64,000 nucleotides of DNA from Macrostomum lignano (lineage: Eukaryota): positions 110,111 to 174,110 of the forward strand of contig NIVC01000179.1 in NCBI GenBank assembly GCA_002269645.1, read 5' to 3'. Positions within the stretch are counted from its first letter, which is position 1. Every line of letters starts with the position of its first letter. A program made the translations under genes and the position numbers. Shown here one piece after another: positions 60,501 to 64,000 of this stretch. The notes below the pieces were generated by a model that saw only the letters and a program-made list of their open reading frames with translations, had not been told where the DNA came from and did not search any database.

Positions 60501-61996
60501 GACTGTACGTAAGGATGATGGAATCACAGAGTATTTAAGCATCGCTGAGATCGAGGTCTACGGCACAATTTATGGTGAGCTCTGGTATTGATTTTCAAAA
60601 GTACTTACACCTGGTGTCTGTGTACTTCTTCGTACTCTGTGTTTTTATTACTTATTATTTTTCTTAAACTGGTTCACATAGGCTGAAGTCAGCGATTGGC
60701 AGTTGGTAAAAATCTTGGCTCGCTGAATTCCAAATGCAATTAAGATTGCGCCATCCATCCGAAACAAGGTTGATCGGACTTGATTAAGAAATAATTCTGA
60801 TTGACTTGCTGAGTAGCTATTCGAAATCATAAATCCCTTTTTACCAACTGACCTCATTAAAACAGCTGTATAGCCTAGCCATTGAATGTTACCTCGCTAA
60901 CCTAGCTTAGAAATAAAGAGACTGAAATGATTATGTAGTGCCCTGGATTCGAAGTTTCCAGAATTTTTTTATGCTTTAATTGCTTGTTTGCTAGACTTTA
61001 TTTTCGAATATCTTCTATCACAGCTTTAGTGCCAAACCTTATTGTCTAAGATTTTTTTTTGGGGGGGGGTGTTTCGAATAGCCTCAATGAAACTTTTGAA
61101 GCTATCTTAAAAAACCTGCTCATTTACGAGCGTAGTTTGCGGCGTGCAGTGGAATTTGAGCAAACTAATTTTAACTGCAGGTAGCTAAATTGCGGGTAGC
61201 CATTTAAAATTGCGGCACAAGTTCAGTGTGAATAGCATAATCATTTGTTATACCAAGGTGAGACAGAATATCTAAATGCCCGTTAACATAGCAATTTTTG
61301 CAATGACTGTAGCAGATGTGAACTACATGTAGCCTTACGACTTACGGAATGACCCAGTCAGTGAAAAATAGGCTATTATTACTATGAGTAGTTAGCTATC
61401 TAACGCACGGTTTTAAATGACTTACAAATCCCTACATTTTTTCCTTCCTCGTTTCAGGGTATCATTTCTGATGCATGATTAATCATACTTTAACCTATTT
61501 AAGATTTGCTTAGACTTAAGACAAGACCATACTTTTGTTGAGCAGGTATCTAGAAGAAACCTGCTCAACATTTCACTTTACTGAATATCAACCTCTAATG
61601 CCTATTAGCTTTAGTCCAGTAATCTTGTCTACCTATTCCAGCCGATCCGCAGCTGAACGCCCTGGCCCAGGTGCCGATGGGGCTGGGCGAGTTCGTTCAC
61701 TTCGAGTGGATGGTGTCAGGCAGCACGCAGAACCCGGGAGGCCTCTTCTCCCTGCCCCTGTCAGCTGCCGAGACTCCGTTCGTAGATTATTCAATGCGTT
61801 TCCAGTCGATTGGAACGACGTCATCCTATGTTCGATTCTACTTCCCCATCAGCATGACTGTCACCGGCATGATTGTTCAGGGCAGCGGCAAGCGCTCCAA
61901 AGGCTTGCGCGGCTGTCCCTACAACTACCGACTGCGCTACTCCCAGTACAAGGATAGCAGCGAATGCAGGACGTTAAGGACCAGGCCAACAATGAC
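54593..61996 (+). CDS. Secreted mosaic lectin-like protein (signal peptide, C-type lectin, kringle-like, F5/8 and F-type lectin-like domains), ~19 exons, 3' end unresolved
   Basis: Exons 54593-54668 (signal peptide MPSVSRQLIFTIVLATVV), 55360-55764 (CTLD CPTPWTQYFDRC...WIG...C...L...SC...FYCQ), 55872-56035, 56125-56239, 56581-56709, 56787-56903 and 56994-57059 (kringle-like YYG...GEAC...NKCR...C...CEVPDC), 57179-57415, 57496-57729 (GRYVVI...VKIYG), 57816-57985, 58418-58826, 58909-59005, 59071-59112, 59162-59226, 59320-59623 (F5/8: WQP..DQDWHQ...W...FMLYG), 59763-60008, 60103-60263, 60487-60574 (SSQY...ATDG...WAYVD...ARYL...AEIEVYG), 61642-61996 (F5/8: VTGMIVQG...YRLRYS). Nearly all junctions are phase-compatible. 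Confidence 0.82.
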
Positions 61997-62699
61997 GTGA
62001 GTCTGTAGTGCAGCGCCACTTGCCCCGCAATTTAGCTTGCATCTAAGTGGAAGTCCGCGGCGGGGGCATATTTAATAAGCTGCAGCCATTTTTTTCTGTC
62101 GCCCAGCAGGAGAAACTGCAGCGTTTGCCAACAGTTTCTTGCTTAACTGAATCCTGAAAATCGAGACGAGGATCTGGAAATTGAAAAAGGCAGGAATGGG
62201 AGACTGGATAATTAATTATTGAGAACTGCTGTGCCGCTTGGCTCCGCAAGTTGCCCCCATTGACAATCCCCCTAGGCCTGGGGCTTTTAATTTGCCTGCC
62301 ATTGCTTCTACTGAAGACAAAGTAAAGCTTCCAAGGCTTTGCTCGCGCATTGCAAATGGCAGTCATTTGTAGTAGGGCATCTTTCGTTGAGTAGTGGAAG
62401 GCCCAATTAGTTGGTTTTATAAAGAGAACCAGCAGTATGTTTAGGAAAACTACGCAGTTCAGCATCATGCCTCTAGTAGCAGCTTTTGAAATCGTTGAGT
62501 AGTAAGAATAGCAGTCTTCGCCGCCGCTTTGGAAAGGAAACAAACAATTTTTTAAACAAACAACATAAACGTTTTGACCTTGTACAGACACGGTTGTTAA
62601 TTTCTAAAGGAAAATGACGTTTAAAGCAAAAAAGCAACCACACTGAAAAGCCAGTCATCTAGCAAGATATGAGATAACTCTAGATATCAGATCCCCTAT

Positions 62700-62930
62700 G
62701 AGTTTCAGCTCAAAGCATCTGAGCAACCCCCATGAGCCAGAGCCACAGCAGTTTTAGCAATGCCCCACATGAGCCTTGGCGTCTAAACAACTCCCCCCCA
62801 TTGGGCCTTGGCATCTCAGAAACCCCGCCTCACTGAGCCCTGACGTCTCAGCAACTCCCCCATGAGCCCTGACATCTCCGCAACTCCCCCCTCATTAGCC
62901 CTGACATATCAGCAACTCCCCCATGAGTGA
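62700..62930. repeat. Degenerate C-rich tandem repeat (CAGCAACTCCCCCATGAGCCCTGACATCT-like)
   Basis: About six diverged tandem copies. Confidence 0.75.
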
Positions 62931-64000
62931 CCGGACTTTGAGTCGAGCCTGGGCCGCAGGCACATACGAGTTATGAGTACCACCTAGGCTATGGACCCTC
63001 GAAAGAGCCGTGTGGTATATTGAATATTTTGTTTAACCTACAGGTCAGGTCAAAAGTCTGATACACTCGTAATTTTCTGGAAATAAGAATCGAATCGAAT
63101 GTTTTCGCTTTTAAACTTTAAGCACTAGGTAGGGACGAACTATCAATAGACGAGGAAAGTTCAGGTGTTCTGCTAATATTGACTCAACATTAATAAAGCC
63201 AGTAGTCAATGCTTCAAAGCAAACGATTCCACATGAAATCTTCAAATTCGATTGTACGGTATTTGCTGATTTCAAGTTCTACTATTTTATTCGAACGCAG
63301 TGATCAAACCTGTTTGATCAAAGTGATCAAAACTTGCGCATTTCAGATCACATTCAAAACAATCCAGCTGTCAGTCAGCACGCCAGGATAAACTTTCTAC
63401 CGCATCCGATCGAAACTCAACTGTTCGAGGCCATCATGCTGGGCAGCTGGCATCTGAAAGCTTGGAAAATTGAGGTTCTCGGATTCCCCAGTGCGGCATG
63501 TTAGTAAACTGTGTTGCAATTGCTTTGCTTGAATATGATCCATAAAGTTTTGTTGGAACAAGAAAAATATGATGAGGCAGTGTATCTCAGTGGCAGGAGT
63601 CGCCCACCAGGAGGCTTTATTTATAGAGCCACAAATCGAATGACTCCCCAAAATCATGAGGCCGATCTTTGTTAATTTTATACCTACAGCAGGTTAAAAT
63701 TCTTGGGTTTTTTTCAGAAATTTTTCAGATTTTTTAGGAATTCACTTGCAAATTGGCTGACTCAGCTGACCCAGTTCTCTAATGATCTCTAATGAGAAAA
63801 ATAGGATAATAGAAGCACCAATCATTTGAGTCGGGAGATGCCAGCCTTGCATTCGGGCTTTATTTATAGTTATATAAACACTTCTGCTACCACTTCCAGT
63901 GCGCAGCGTTATTTCAACCAGCAATTACACGGTAGAAAAGATCGTTACTGAAGAGGAGCAGGTGATTCGGATTGACTTCAAGGAAATATTCTACTTGACC

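Noticed and set aside
62043-62591. 182-aa minus-strand ORF with a signal-peptide-like stretch
   Set aside because: AT-rich, no domain motif, no splice support; may be chance.

Overview
Eukaryotic (metazoan) genomic DNA with GT-AG introns, GC-rich exons, AT-rich spacers and many long minisatellites. The style suggests a free-living flatworm such as Macrostomum, but that is inference only. No prokaryotic features, rRNA, true tRNA or CRISPR array were found. Genes: the 5' part of an ankyrin-repeat gene running off the left edge (missed by the ORF track); an orphan 199-aa ORF; a 3-exon RING-less mex-3 head-to-head with a 2-exon SPO11; a 5-exon MO25/CAB39 with minisatellite-filled introns; an intronless orphan class A GPCR; a single-ORF prominin-like gene; and a ~19-exon secreted mosaic lectin (C-type lectin, kringle-like, F5/8 and F-type lectin-like domains). 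Mobile DNA: a CORE-type tRNA SINE, several MITEs, two foldback-type elements, two LINE 3' fragments (one split by a Mutator-like element with a 9-bp TSD), and an internally deleted P-superfamily THAP element with an 8-bp TSD that could still encode a ~209-aa KP-like repressor. The most unusual signals are the KP-like P element, a ~60-copy AP-1-site array in an MO25 intron, CpG-free TpA-rich blocks with a RIP-like dinucleotide signature, a possible in-frame exonisation of a minisatellite in MO25, and the mosaic lectin. Exon coordinates and counts were derived by hand and may be off by a few bases.
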